Positions 27,238 to 37,379 of a stretch of DNA of 38,693 bases are shown here, piece by piece. A program made the translations under genes and the position numbers. The first letter of the stretch is position 1. Each line of letters opens with the position of its first letter. Location of the stretch: the NCBI GenBank assembly GCA_016218805.1, contig JACRCW010000078.1:1-38693 (forward strand), given 5' to 3'. Under the pieces are notes generated by a model. The model saw nothing but the letters and a program-made list of their open reading frames with translations. It searched no databases and was not told the origin of the DNA. Source of the stretch: Deltaproteobacteria bacterium (GTDB taxonomy: Bacteria > Myxococcota > JACRCW01).

Positions 27238-28564
27238 GCCGCTGTGGGACAAGGGCGCTGCATCACCGGATGACCGCATGCAACGCTTCTGCGCGGGTGA
27301 CGACGTGAGTTGGGACCGCGCGCTGTTCCCGCATGACATCCGCGCGTCGCGCGCGCACGTGCGCGGGCTGCTCCGCATTGGCCTGCTCACGGAAGCGGAA
27401 TGCGCGGCATTGTGCAACGGCCTGGATGAGCTGCATGCGGCGTTTGGCGCGGGCACGTTTGTCCTGGACGCGCGCTATGAGGACGGCCACACGGCGATTG
27501 AGGCGTTCCTGGGCGAGATGCTCGGCGAAACCGGGCGCAAGGTGCACACCGGGCGCAGCCGCAATGACCAGGTGCTGGTGGCGCAGCGGCTGTACCTCAA
27601 GGAGGCGCTGACCACGCTGCTGACCGAGGAGCTGGACATTGCCGGCACCTGCCTGCAGCGCGCGCGGCTCACCATGGACGTGCCCATGCCCGGGTACACG
27701 CACATGCAGCGCGCCGTGCCGTCGTCCGTGGGGGCGTGGTTTGCGGCGTTTGCGGAGGGTTTCACGGAGAATGCGTTTGTGGCGCTGGCCGCGCGGGACG
27801 CCGCGGATGCGTGCCCGCTGGGCACTGCAGCTGGCTACGGGGTGAACCTGGCGCTGGACCGGCAGGGCGTGGCGCAGGAACTGGGCTTTTCCCGGGTGCT
27901 GGTGTCCCCCATCTACGCGCAGAACAGCCGCGGCAAGGTGGAGCGGCTGGCGCTGGAGGCGCTGCACCAGGCGCTGCTGGACACGCGGCGGCTGGCCTGG
28001 GATCTCGCGCTGTTTGTCACGTCCGAGTTTGCGTTTGCGCGGCTCCCGGAGGCGTTTACCACCGGTTCCTCCATCATGCCCAACAAGCGCAACCCGGACG
28101 TCGTGGAGCTGCTGCGGCAACTGGCGGCGGTCACGTCCGGCGCGCTGGCGGAGCTGGACGCCACGCTCTCCCTGCCGTCGGGCTACCAGCGCGATCTGCA
28201 GGGGACCAAGGCGCCCGTGATTCGCGCGCTTTCCCGGGGATTGGACGGGCTTTCGCTGCTGCCGCGCCTGCTGGACGGCGTGGAATTTGATGCGTTGCGG
28301 ATGAATGTGGCCATTTCGCCGGAGATGTTTGCCACGGACCGGGCCATGGAGCTGGCGCGCAGCGGCGTGCCGTTCCGGGACGCGTACGGGCGGGCGGCCG
28401 TGGAGATTGTTGGGGCGGCGGCGGTGACGGCGGAACAGAGCCTGGCGGCGCGGGTGTCCCTGGGCGGGATGGGAAACCCGGGCCTGGACGTGGTGGAGAA
28501 GCGGCTGGCGGAAGCCACCGCGGCCGCGGATCAGCGCAGCGGCACGGGCGAATCCGGACGGTGA
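27230..28564 (+). CDS. argH: argininosuccinate lyase
   Basis: HTGRSRNDQV, MPGYTHMQRA, GSSIMPNKRNPD, GVPFRDAY. Confidence 0.96.
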   Translation: MVKPLWDKGAASPDDRMQRFCAGDDVSWDRALFPHDIRASRAHVRGLLRIGLLTEAECAALCNGLDELHAAFGAGTFVLDARYEDGHTAIEAFLGEMLGETGRKVHTGRSRNDQVLVAQRLYLKEALTTLLTEELDIAGTCLQRARLTMDVPMPGYTHMQRAVPSSVGAWFAAFAEGFTENAFVALAARDAADACPLGTAAGYGVNLALDRQGVAQELGFSRVLVSPIYAQNSRGKVERLALEALHQALLDTRRLAWDLALFVTSEFAFARLPEAFTTGSSIMPNKRNPDVVELLRQLAAVTSGALAELDATLSLPSGYQRDLQGTKAPVIRALSRGLDGLSLLPRLLDGVEFDALRMNVAISPEMFATDRAMELARSGVPFRDAYGRAAVEIVGAAAVTAEQSLAARVSLGGMGNPGLDVVEKRLAEATAAADQRSGTGESGR

Positions 28565-29766
28565 CGCCGGCGCTGGCCGCGGTCCAGGTACAGCGCCGGC
28601 CCCGCGTCACGCCGCATGTCCTTCACCGCCAGCGCCAGCTTCCGGAGCGGCTCCAGCACGGCGGTGGGGGTGGCCGGCGCATCCAGGATGGATTTCGCGG
28701 TGATTGTCTGGTCCGGAGCACCCGGGCCGTCCTGGAGCCGGCCCAGGATATCCGCGGAAAACGCGGGTTCCTCCCGCCAGGACGCATTCCAGGCAAACAC
28801 CGGCTGCCCCGGGCGCTGCCATTGCAGGACTTCCAGCCAGGCGTCATCCACGGCGCTGGTGCTGAACAGCACAAGGAGCCCGGGCTCCAGGGACCCGCGC
28901 GCCGGGTACTCCACCACCGGGCGGGACAGCCGCTCGGCCAGGGCGGCGGCCAGCGTGGCACTCCCGGGAAGCGCCAGCGAATACACCGTTGACGGCGTCA
29001 CTCCCAGCGCGTCCAGCGCGGCCAGGGCGCCGTCCACCCCCAGCCGGCGGTGGGCGGCGGAATCCGCGGGTTGCCCGTGGCGCCCGCCCAACGGGCCGGA
29101 GGTATCCACCAGGAATCCGCCATTGACCACAAAATGCCAGCCCCGCAGGTCCGTCCCGTCCAGCGGTGTCGCGGTCCGGGCCACGTCGTAACGCGCCAGC
29201 ATGTGGTCCAATTCGTGGGCCAGCGGGAGCATTTCCGGGTCTTTCTCCCGCAACAGGTTGGGGACCAGCGCGCGCGCCGCGTCCACGTCGCGGCACATGA
29301 GGTGGTTGAATGCCAGCAGGTAGCGCAGGTTGAAACTCTCGCGCAGCAACACCGGGTCCGCGGCCAACAGGAACCCGCGCGCCTCGTCGTGGCGCCGCAG
29401 GTCCTCCAGGGAACAGGACAGCTCGGTGAGGATGTCCTCATTGGTGGGCTTGAGGCGGTGTGCGTACAGGAACAGGCAGGCGGCCACCTCCGGCCGGCCA
29501 TCCTCCAACAACTCATAGCCCGTCTTGAACAGCAGTTTCACGTCGTGGGGGTCGCGCGCCAGCTTGTCCATGGGCTCCCACCAGGCCCGCCGTTCCCACT
29601 TGCGGCCCACCTGCGCCAGCGCCGCCAGCACCGCCCTCCATGCCGCCGCGTCCAACTCCGTGCCCGGGTATTCCAGCAACGGCGACAGCAGGTCCCACGC
29701 CTTGGCGTGCTCGCCCGCCTTGTTGAGCTCCGTGGCCTCGGCGGCGCGTTGTGACGGGTCCGGCAT
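28531..29766 (-). CDS. hypothetical protein with N-terminal TPR-like helical repeats
   Basis: Long ORF with coding-like codon bias; helical-repeat pattern; convergent 34-nt overlap with argH. Confidence 0.75.
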   Translation of the reverse strand: MPDPSQRAAEATELNKAGEHAKAWDLLSPLLEYPGTELDAAAWRAVLAALAQVGRKWERRAWWEPMDKLARDPHDVKLLFKTGYELLEDGRPEVAACLFLYAHRLKPTNEDILTELSCSLEDLRRHDEARGFLLAADPVLLRESFNLRYLLAFNHLMCRDVDAARALVPNLLREKDPEMLPLAHELDHMLARYDVARTATPLDGTDLRGWHFVVNGGFLVDTSGPLGGRHGQPADSAAHRRLGVDGALAALDALGVTPSTVYSLALPGSATLAAALAERLSRPVVEYPARGSLEPGLLVLFSTSAVDDAWLEVLQWQRPGQPVFAWNASWREEPAFSADILGRLQDGPGAPDQTITAKSILDAPATPTAVLEPLRKLALAVKDMRRDAGPALYLDRGQRRRHRPDSPVPLR

Positions 29767-29864
29767 GTGCGTGGTGGTCCTCCGCGCACAGCAGTCGCAC
29801 GGCGTCGGCACCCGCGCAACCCGGCGTGCCTGCGGCGCCGCGGGCCGTTTGCTAACGCTTGACC

Positions 29865-30875
29865 ATGGACCCGCTCATCCTGGACGTCCGGCCGTTGGGG
29901 TTCCCGTGGGAAACCGTGGACCCGTTCCTGTTCTGCGTGCACCACCAGGACGCGTACCCCGCGGGGACGGAACGGCTGGGCCCGCCTCCAGCGGCGTTGC
30001 ACGGGCGTGACCTGGGCCAGGACTTCCAGGTGCGTGACGGGTGGCGCATGTACCACGGCGAAGTGGTCCCCGGTTTCCCGCAACACCCGCACCGCGGGTT
30101 CGAGACGGTGACCATTGTCCGCCGCGGCCTGGTGGATCATTCTGATTCCCTGGGTGCGGCGGCGCGGTTTGGTCACGGTGATGTGCAGTGGCTCACCGCG
30201 GGCACGGGCATTGTGCACAGCGAGATGTTCCCGCTGCTGGAGCAGAACCAGCCCAATCCGCTGGAGCTGTTCCAGATCTGGCTCAATCTGCCGGCGGCGG
30301 ACAAACACGCGGAACCGCATTTCTCCATGCTGTGGGCACCTGACATCCCCGTCGTGGAGTCCCCCGGGGCCCGCGTCACCGTCGTGGCGGGGACGCTCGC
30401 GGGCCAGCGCGCGCCGCCGCCGCCGCCGCGGTCGTGGGCCCGCCGGCCGGATTCGGACGTGGCCATCTGGAGCGTGCGCCTGGACGCCGGCGCCACGCTG
30501 CACCTGCCGCGCGCGGCGGGGGAGCGGACCGCGCGGACGCTGTACTTCTTTGCCGGCCCGTCGGTGGCGGTGGGGGACCACGTACAGCGGGAACCCGGCG
30601 CGCTGTTCATCCGCGCGGACCGTGACGTGACCCTCACCGCGGGCGACGGCACCGCGGAGCTCCTGCTCCTGCAGGGACGTCCCATTGGCGAACCGGTGGT
30701 GCAATACGGGCCATTTGTGATGAACACGCCGGAGGAGATCCAGCGGGCGTTCCAGGACTACCGGCGGACGCAATTCGGCGGGTGGCCGTGGCCGGAGAAT
30801 GACCCGGTGCACGGCCGGCAGGCGGGACGCTTTGCCCGCCACGCGGACGGCCGCGTGGAGCGCGCGGCCGAATAG
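29865..30875 (+). CDS. pirin family protein
   Basis: DPFLF, GFPQHPHRGFETVT, QWLTAGTGIVHSE, QIWLNLP, YGPFVMNT. Confidence 0.95.
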   Translation: MDPLILDVRPLGFPWETVDPFLFCVHHQDAYPAGTERLGPPPAALHGRDLGQDFQVRDGWRMYHGEVVPGFPQHPHRGFETVTIVRRGLVDHSDSLGAAARFGHGDVQWLTAGTGIVHSEMFPLLEQNQPNPLELFQIWLNLPAADKHAEPHFSMLWAPDIPVVESPGARVTVVAGTLAGQRAPPPPPRSWARRPDSDVAIWSVRLDAGATLHLPRAAGERTARTLYFFAGPSVAVGDHVQREPGALFIRADRDVTLTAGDGTAELLLLQGRPIGEPVVQYGPFVMNTPEEIQRAFQDYRRTQFGGWPWPENDPVHGRQAGRFARHADGRVERAAE

Positions 30876-31002
30876 GTCAGGCAAATGCTATAGAAAACAG
30901 CCAACTGTGGCAGATCTCGCAACAAGTTCCGCCACAGGTCGGATAACCTGGGCATCGGTAGGATGCCGTATGCGGCTTCCCCACCCCACGCCCGGATGGT
31001 CC

Positions 31003-31566
31003 ATGCAATCGCTCCTTCGCTCCAAGACGCTTCTCACCTGGCTGGTCCTAGCCATTCCGCTGGGGGTGGCTGGGACGTGGCGGTGGGTGGAGCCCGCTCC
31101 GGCGGCTGAGGCGTCCCTGGAGGACGCATCAGAAGGCGGGGCGCGGCTGGTGACCAGTGTGACGCTGACCGCTGAGCGCGTGACGCCGGAGGTCCGCAAG
31201 AGCAGCCGCGCGGCTGGGGTGGCGCGCAAGGATCCGCGGCCCACGCTGAACGCTCCGGTGGATCCAGCGCGGAGTGTGGCGCGCGGGCGTGGCGTGGCAA
31301 CGCTGCGCGCGTACGGGAGTTCCGGGAAAGGTGACCTTTCGCGTGACGCGCAGGCGGAACAGGACGCGGACCGCGCGGTGCGGGTGATGGAGCTGCAGAC
31401 GCGGCTGGAGCGCGTAGTGCGCGAGCTGGAGCGGACGCACCGGTCAGAGCGCGTGTCCGCCTTGCTGGCGCGTGCACGCGCCGCCCAGGGCGAGCTGGCC
31501 GCTGGCCGCGATGCCACGCCCGAGGTGGAGCGTCTTGAGCGGGCCGCCACTGCCCTTCGGCCGTAG
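31003..31566 (+). CDS. hypothetical protein with N-terminal membrane anchor
   Basis: Hydrophobic LLTWLVLAIPLGVAGTW, helical C-terminus; start uncertain. Confidence 0.55.
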   Translation: MQSLLRSKTLLTWLVLAIPLGVAGTWRWVEPAPAAEASLEDASEGGARLVTSVTLTAERVTPEVRKSSRAAGVARKDPRPTLNAPVDPARSVARGRGVATLRAYGSSGKGDLSRDAQAEQDADRAVRVMELQTRLERVVRELERTHRSERVSALLARARAAQGELAAGRDATPEVERLERAATALRP

Positions 31567-31668
31567 GCCGGCCGCCGGACACCGCCCGTCCCGACGAGAC
31601 ACACGGGGCGCGTTTCTTGACCGCGGGTGCCGGGGCTGCCTAGCGTCGCGGCCGGAGGTCATCCCGTC

Positions 31669-31935
31669 ATGGCATTGATCGATTCCCCCGAACTGGCCAT
31701 GCGTCTGGCGCGCGCGATTGCGTCGGACATCTCGCTCTACAACGAAGCGAAGATCGTGGGCGGCATCCAGAACGACAACCTGTTTGAATCCCTGGACGCT
31801 GAACTTGCCGAGGGCCGCGAGCTGTACAAGAGCCGCGTGACGCCGGACCTGTACGGGCGGACCAACTATTTCGACCGCGCGATTGTTGACGTGCTGATGC
31901 GCGGAAAGGGTCACATCAAGTCCAAGATATGGTGA
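31669..31935 (+). CDS. small hypothetical protein (RLARAIASDISLYN motif)
   Basis: GGAGG RBS, 88 aa, strong coding signal, overlaps rluD start. Confidence 0.85.
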   Translation: MALIDSPELAMRLARAIASDISLYNEAKIVGGIQNDNLFESLDAELAEGRELYKSRVTPDLYGRTNYFDRAIVDVLMRGKGHIKSKIW

Positions 31936-32966
31936 ACCCGTCGGACGACGACGAGGACGAGGCCGCACCGGAAGCCGCGGTCCTGCTCATCCACAATGTG
32001 CTCATTCCCCCCGCGGCGCCCGCGGCGCGGCTGGACCGTTTCCTGGCGGATGCGCTGCCCGCGCTGTCACGCGCGCGCATCCAGTCCCTGATGGAGGCGG
32101 GGCGCGTGCTGGTGGACGGCCAGCCCGCCCGCGCAAGTCAGAAGGCGCGCGGTGGGCAGCGCGTGGAAGTGCGCGAACCGCGCCCGTTGCCAGTGGCGCT
32201 GCTGCCGCAGGACCTGCCGTTGTCCATCCTGTACCAGGACGCGGACATCGTCGTGGTGGACAAAGCCGCGGGGCGCGTGGTGCACCCGGCGCTGGGCAAC
32301 CCGGACGGGACGCTGGTCAACGCGCTGTTGTTCCACGTCAAGGACCTCGGCGGCATCAGCGGCGAACTCCGCCCCGGCATTGTGCACCGCCTGGACCGGG
32401 ACACCTCCGGGGTGCTGGTGGTGGCCAAGCATGATGCGGCGCTGGTGGCGCTGCAGCGGCAGTTCAAGGATCGCACCACGGAAAAGCGGTATCTCGCGTT
32501 GGTGCGCGGGGTGCCAGCGCCCTCGGCGGGAACGTGGTGCACGCCGTTTGGGCGCCACCCGGTGCAGCGGCAGAAGTTCACCGCGCGCGCCGGTGACCGC
32601 CAGGCGGTGACGGACTGGCGCACGCTGGCCACGGGCAGCGGCGGCATCAGCGCGGTGGAACTGGTGCTGCACACCGGGCGGACGCACCAGGTCCGCGTGC
32701 ACCTGTCTGAGCACGGGCTTCCCATCCTGGGTGACGACGTGTACGGCGGCCGCGCCGCGGAGCTGGCGCCGCGGCAGATGCTGCACGCGGCGCTGTTGTG
32801 CCTGGACCAGCCGGTGCGCTGCGGGCGGATGCGCTTTGTGGCGCCGCTGCCGGCGGACCTGGAGGACACCGCGCAGCGCTTTGGGCTGTTGGATGCGGTG
32901 CGCGCGTGGGCCACCGGTCTGGCGGACGGGGAGAAACCGCTGCGGAAACGCGCCTTGCGGCGGTAG
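31929..32966 (+). CDS. rluD: RluA/RluD family pseudouridine synthase
   Basis: S4 domain RLDRFLA..SRARIQ, RPGIVHRLDRDTSG, TGRTHQVRVH, RQMLHA. Confidence 0.92.
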   Translation: MVNPSDDDEDEAAPEAAVLLIHNVLIPPAAPAARLDRFLADALPALSRARIQSLMEAGRVLVDGQPARASQKARGGQRVEVREPRPLPVALLPQDLPLSILYQDADIVVVDKAAGRVVHPALGNPDGTLVNALLFHVKDLGGISGELRPGIVHRLDRDTSGVLVVAKHDAALVALQRQFKDRTTEKRYLALVRGVPAPSAGTWCTPFGRHPVQRQKFTARAGDRQAVTDWRTLATGSGGISAVELVLHTGRTHQVRVHLSEHGLPILGDDVYGGRAAELAPRQMLHAALLCLDQPVRCGRMRFVAPLPADLEDTAQRFGLLDAVRAWATGLADGEKPLRKRALRR

Positions 32967-33031
32967 GAGCCGCTGCCTATAAGCCGCGCCCCTGCCCGGG
33001 CGTCTGCCCGCGGTCACAAAGGTGCCACGCC

Positions 33032-34894
33032 ATGAAGGTGCTCGGCTACAACGGCGGCCTGTACGGGTATCCCTCCAAGTTCGGCGCATCGCACAATTCG
33101 GCGGCCGCCCTCGTCGTGGACGGTGAAGTGGTGGCCGCTTGCGAAGAAGAGCGCTTCAACCGTGAGAAACATTCCGGGGTATTCCCGCGCCTGGCCATTG
33201 AGTACTGCCTGCGCGAAGGCGGCGTGCAGCGGGTCGAGGACCTGGACCTGGTTTCGTATTTCTACTCGTTTCCCCTGATGTACCGGCCGGACGTGTACAC
33301 ACAGAACGCGCACGGGCTGGGGCTGCCGCACAAGGTGGGGCTGTGGACGTCGCTGTCCACCATGCGCGTGGTGAACAACGTGTTCGGCTACACGGATGAA
33401 CTGTCGCGCGAAGACTTTGAACACCAGTTGCGCTGCCGGCTGCGCGACGACCAGTACGCCGTGACGTCGCACCACATGTGCCACCAGGCCAGCGCGTTCT
33501 ATGACTCGCCGTTTGAGCGCGCGCTGGTGCTGTCCATGGACGCGCAGGGCGAAAGCACCTCCGCATTGGTCACGCGCGCGGTGGGCACCCGGTTTGACGT
33601 GCTGCGGGACACGCTGCTGCCCAACAGCCTGGGGTACCTGTACACGTTCATCACCACCCTGCTGGGCTTTGACTGGCATGATGAATACAAGGTGATGGGC
33701 CTGGCGCCCTACGGGGACCGCAAGCGTTTCCGTGAGTTCTTCCGTTCGCTGGTGGTGCTGGGCCCGGAGGGCCGGTACGACGTGGACCAGGCGGCCATCA
33801 CGCAGCTCATGCTGGGGCAGTGGACGCAGAGCTGGGACCTGGTGTTCCCCCGCCGTACCACGGACGTGCTGGGGCGGCGGCGCCGTCCGGATGAACCGGT
33901 GGAACAGCGCCACATGGACGTGGCGGCGGGGCTGCAGGAGTGCCTGGAGGAAACGGTGATGCACGTGCTGCGTCACTTCCGCAAGGAAACCGGCGAGCAG
34001 AACCTGTGCATGGCGGGCGGGGTGGCGCTGAATTCCACCATGAATGGGGTGATTGCGCGCAGCGGGCTGTTTGACGGCGTGTGGGTGCACCCGGCCGCGC
34101 ATGACGGTGGCACGTCCGTGGGGGCCGCGCTGTACGGGTACCACAACGTGCTCAAGCAGCCGCGGCATTATCCGCAAGCCAGGCACCGCTACCTGGGACC
34201 CGGTTTTGACCGCGGTGACGTGGACAGCGCGCTGCTACAATACGGCGGAAAGATCCACCACCAGCGCCGGGAGGATCTCATCTCCCACACGGCGCGGGCG
34301 TTGGCGGAGGGGAAGGTGGTGGGGTGGTACCAGGGGCGCATGGAGTGGGGTCCGCGCGCGCTGGGCAACCGCAGCATCCTGGCGGACCCCCGGCGGGATG
34401 ACATGAAGGACGTTGTGAACAGCGCGGTGAAGCTGCGGGAGGGATTCCGGCCTTTTGCACCGGCGTGCCTGGCGGAGAAGGCGCGTGACTGGTTTGACAT
34501 GACGGGATTGCCGGACAGCCCGTACATGCTGTTCGTGGTGCCCGTTGTCGACGACAAGCGCGCGCGCATTCCGGCGGTGACGCACGTGGACGGCAGTGCG
34601 CGGGTGCAGACCGTGACGGAGGCGGAGAACCCGCGCTTTCACGGTCTCATTTCAGAGTTTGAGCGTCTCACCGGTGTTCCAGTTGTCATGAACACCAGTT
34701 TCAACGTGAAGGGCGAACCGATTGTGAACACGCCGGCGGATGCCATCCGCTGTTTCCTGGGCACCATGATTGACGTGCTGGTGGTGGACGACGTGGTGAT
34801 TGAGAAGCGGCCGGAGGTGACGGAGGCGCTGCGCCGCCAGCGCGGAAGCGTCCACACCGGGCGGGTGGTGGACGGCCGCATTGACGCGGTTTGA
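33032..34894 (+). CDS. NodU/CmcH-family O-carbamoyltransferase
   Basis: EEERFNREKH, HHMCH, EYKVMGLAPYG, MAGGVALN, EWGPRALGNRSIL, FRPFAP, HVDGSARVQTV, NTSFN. Confidence 0.93.
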   Translation: MKVLGYNGGLYGYPSKFGASHNSAAALVVDGEVVAACEEERFNREKHSGVFPRLAIEYCLREGGVQRVEDLDLVSYFYSFPLMYRPDVYTQNAHGLGLPHKVGLWTSLSTMRVVNNVFGYTDELSREDFEHQLRCRLRDDQYAVTSHHMCHQASAFYDSPFERALVLSMDAQGESTSALVTRAVGTRFDVLRDTLLPNSLGYLYTFITTLLGFDWHDEYKVMGLAPYGDRKRFREFFRSLVVLGPEGRYDVDQAAITQLMLGQWTQSWDLVFPRRTTDVLGRRRRPDEPVEQRHMDVAAGLQECLEETVMHVLRHFRKETGEQNLCMAGGVALNSTMNGVIARSGLFDGVWVHPAAHDGGTSVGAALYGYHNVLKQPRHYPQARHRYLGPGFDRGDVDSALLQYGGKIHHQRREDLISHTARALAEGKVVGWYQGRMEWGPRALGNRSILADPRRDDMKDVVNSAVKLREGFRPFAPACLAEKARDWFDMTGLPDSPYMLFVVPVVDDKRARIPAVTHVDGSARVQTVTEAENPRFHGLISEFERLTGVPVVMNTSFNVKGEPIVNTPADAIRCFLGTMIDVLVVDDVVIEKRPEVTEALRRQRGSVHTGRVVDGRIDAV

Positions 34895-34900
34895 CCCGCG

Positions 34901-35662
34901 TCAAAAGAAATACCAGCGCGCTCCCACCTGGAACCCCACGTCCGCGGAAAGCCCGGGAAACAGGTCCAAAGTGGCCGTGGGTTGCACGTACAGCTCCAGG
35001 GGAAACTTCTGCAGTTGCAGGTCCAGGCCGGCCACGCCCTGCGCGCCAAGCGTCCCGGGGAACGCTTCGCCCTGGGGAGCGTAGAGGAAGACGGGGCGCC
35101 AGCAGGTCCGCGGGTCCAGCGCGCTGGTCAGCGTGGGGCTTTGCGGCGGTTTTGGCTCGCAATGCGGGACCTGATCCGGAATGCCCCTCAACATCAGCGG
35201 CCACCAGGCGCCGCGGGCGCCGCCGCCCACGTAGGTGCTCAGCTTGAAGTCCTCGCGTTGCAGGATGGTGTACGGGTGCCAGACCACGTGTCCGGCAATG
35301 TCCACCTCGGGCCCCAGCCAGCCGTAGGTGACGCCAATGTCCGCCTGGAAGCCAATGGTCTGCGTGAAATAGACCTTGGTGGTGAACCCCAGCGGCCGCC
35401 CCAACGCAAACCCGAACCCGATCTTCCGTCCCTGCGGTCCGCGTCCGGGGGCGCGCTCGTCGCGGTGCTCAAACTTCTTGTAGTTGGTGAGGTACGGGTC
35501 GTCCTCGGGCGTGGCGGTCTTGGCGGCGGGTGCCGGCGCCTCCGCGGCGGGGGGCGGTGTCTCGGCGGCCGGCGGGGTTGGCGCGGCGGGGGCGGGCGCG
35601 TCCTGGGAGCGGGCGCCGCCGGCGACGAGCAGTAGGACCAACGGCAGGGTTGCGCGCTTCAT
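34901..35662 (-). CDS. putative outer-membrane beta-barrel protein
   Basis: Signal peptide, Pro/Ala linker, alternating beta-strand pattern (GFGFALGRPLGFTTK), C-terminal GARWYFF. Confidence 0.78.
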   Translation of the reverse strand: MKRATLPLVLLLVAGGARSQDAPAPAAPTPPAAETPPPAAEAPAPAAKTATPEDDPYLTNYKKFEHRDERAPGRGPQGRKIGFGFALGRPLGFTTKVYFTQTIGFQADIGVTYGWLGPEVDIAGHVVWHPYTILQREDFKLSTYVGGGARGAWWPLMLRGIPDQVPHCEPKPPQSPTLTSALDPRTCWRPVFLYAPQGEAFPGTLGAQGVAGLDLQLQKFPLELYVQPTATLDLFPGLSADVGFQVGARWYFF

Positions 35663-35757
35663 CGGGGGCGGCACCCTACCAGCAAACGTCGCGGCGGCAA
35701 GCGTGCGCAGCGACGGGAGGCTTGCGCGCGGCGCGGCCCGCCTCTACCGGGCTGCGC

Positions 35758-36468
35758 GTGCGTCACGGTTCCCTGCTGGCGTGGCTGGTGCTCGCTTCGT
35801 GCGCGCGTGTCGACGTGCGCGAAGGGATCCCCGCGCAGGCGTTGGCGCGGTCCCACCGCGCGCGGCCGCTGGACGGCGTGGTGGTGGCGGCGTCGCTGCT
35901 GGGGCGCCTCCCGCCGCCGCCGTCGCTGTCAGGGGGGCTGGGGAGCCTGGTGCCCTCGCCGTGGTCGGAGTTGGCGTCGTCGTTGCCGCTGGTGGGCGCG
36001 CTGGTGGGCTCGGAGGCGGGCGCCGCCTGGATGGAGGACGCGCGGCGCCATGATGCGCTGACGCCCCGCCTGGTGGAGAGTTTCCTGGGGCGGCCGGGGA
36101 CGCCGCTGCAGGCCGCGCGGCCGTGGTGGGCGCTGTCGGACGAAAGCGCGGCGATTGCCGGTGCACGCGCATCCGGCGCCGCATGGTTGCTGTGGGTGGA
36201 GGCCGCGGTGGGTCCGGATGACGGCGGGGATCCGTTGCCGGGCCGCCTGGCCGCGGCGGCGCAGGTTTCGCTGCTGGATCCCTGGACGGGTGAAACGCAG
36301 GCGCGCGCCTGGGACCGCGTGTCCATCCCGGTGCGCGGCGGGCGGGACGCGCTCCCCGCCACGCTGCGCCGCTGCGGCAGCTACCTGGGCCAGCGTCTGC
36401 GCACGCAGGTGGGCCTGCCGCCGCTGCCAGCGCCGGATGACGACGGAGAGGATGTTGCTGGGGAGTGA
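35758..36468 (+). CDS. putative lipoprotein, hypothetical
   Basis: GTG start, LLAWLVLASC lipobox-like; fills the gap between neighbouring genes. Confidence 0.55.
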   Translation: MRHGSLLAWLVLASCARVDVREGIPAQALARSHRARPLDGVVVAASLLGRLPPPPSLSGGLGSLVPSPWSELASSLPLVGALVGSEAGAAWMEDARRHDALTPRLVESFLGRPGTPLQAARPWWALSDESAAIAGARASGAAWLLWVEAAVGPDDGGDPLPGRLAAAAQVSLLDPWTGETQARAWDRVSIPVRGGRDALPATLRRCGSYLGQRLRTQVGLPPLPAPDDDGEDVAGE

Positions 36469-36471
36469 GGT

Positions 36472-37056
36472 TCAGCCGTTGAAGATCTGCTTGAACTGCG
36501 CTTCCACGTCCGCTTCCTTCATGCTCTTGGCAATGGCTATCTCGCGGATGAGCAGGCTCTTGGCGGTGTCCAGCATCTTGCGCTCGCCAAAGGACAGGTC
36601 CTTGTCGTTCTTGAGCAGGTAGAGGTCCCGCAGCACCTTGGCCACCTCAAACACGCTGCCGGTCTTGATCTTCTCCATGTACTCCCGGTAGCGGCGGTTC
36701 CACGTCGTGGAATCCACGGTCTTCTCCTTGCGGTTCTTGAGGATCGCAAAGACCTGTTCCACTTCCTTCTCGCTGATGATCTCGCGCAGCTTGACGGAGG
36801 ACACGTTGGAGGTGGGCACGTAGACCTTCATGCCGTTCTCCAGGATTTGCAGTACGTACACGGTCTGCTTCTGCCCGCCGAAGTCCATCTCCTGGATCGC
36901 GACAACCTCGGCCACGCCGTGGGACGGGTAGACCGCCTTGTCGCCGATCTTGAAGGTGTCCATGGGGCGGAACGGACCGGGGACGTTTTTTGCCGCCGCA
37001 CCCGTGACCGGTGCCACTGCCGCCGCCGCCGCGCTGGACTTCTTGGACGAACTCAT
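36472..37056 (-). CDS. carD: CarD-family RNAP-binding regulator (CdnL type)
   Basis: FKIGDKAVYPSHGV, WNRRYRE, KDLSFGERKMLD; no AT-hook tail; ATG 37056 has AAGGAG RBS (alternative start 36963). Confidence 0.93.
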   Translation of the reverse strand: MSSSKKSSAAAAAVAPVTGAAAKNVPGPFRPMDTFKIGDKAVYPSHGVAEVVAIQEMDFGGQKQTVYVLQILENGMKVYVPTSNVSSVKLREIISEKEVEQVFAILKNRKEKTVDSTTWNRRYREYMEKIKTGSVFEVAKVLRDLYLLKNDKDLSFGERKMLDTAKSLLIREIAIAKSMKEADVEAQFKQIFNG

Positions 37057-37379
37057 CCGTGCTCCTTGGAAACCAAAACTGCTCGAGACCACCATCTTGT
37101 ACCGCCCGGGTGGGCCGCTGTCTCGAAAAGGGGCAGGGCCCATATATGAATCACCTTGGAAATTCAATGGTTATCTTTCACATGCACCCATCCCATCCAA
37201 ACGGTTGATCTCCCACGGCGATCTGCGCGCGCCACCCGCACGCCGCGGCGCCCGTGGGGTCGCGCTCCTCCTGCGGGCCTCCGCCCGAAACGTCAACGCA
37301 ATCAGCCGCTTGGGCAACGCGCTCGTTGACACGCCCCGGGGCCAATCCTACGTAGAAGGTGAGGCCGCCACCCGGTCTT

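Noticed and set aside
37122..37147. sigma32-like promoter CTCGAA...CCCATAT
   Set aside because: Spacer of about 11 nt is too short; not supportable without TSS data.
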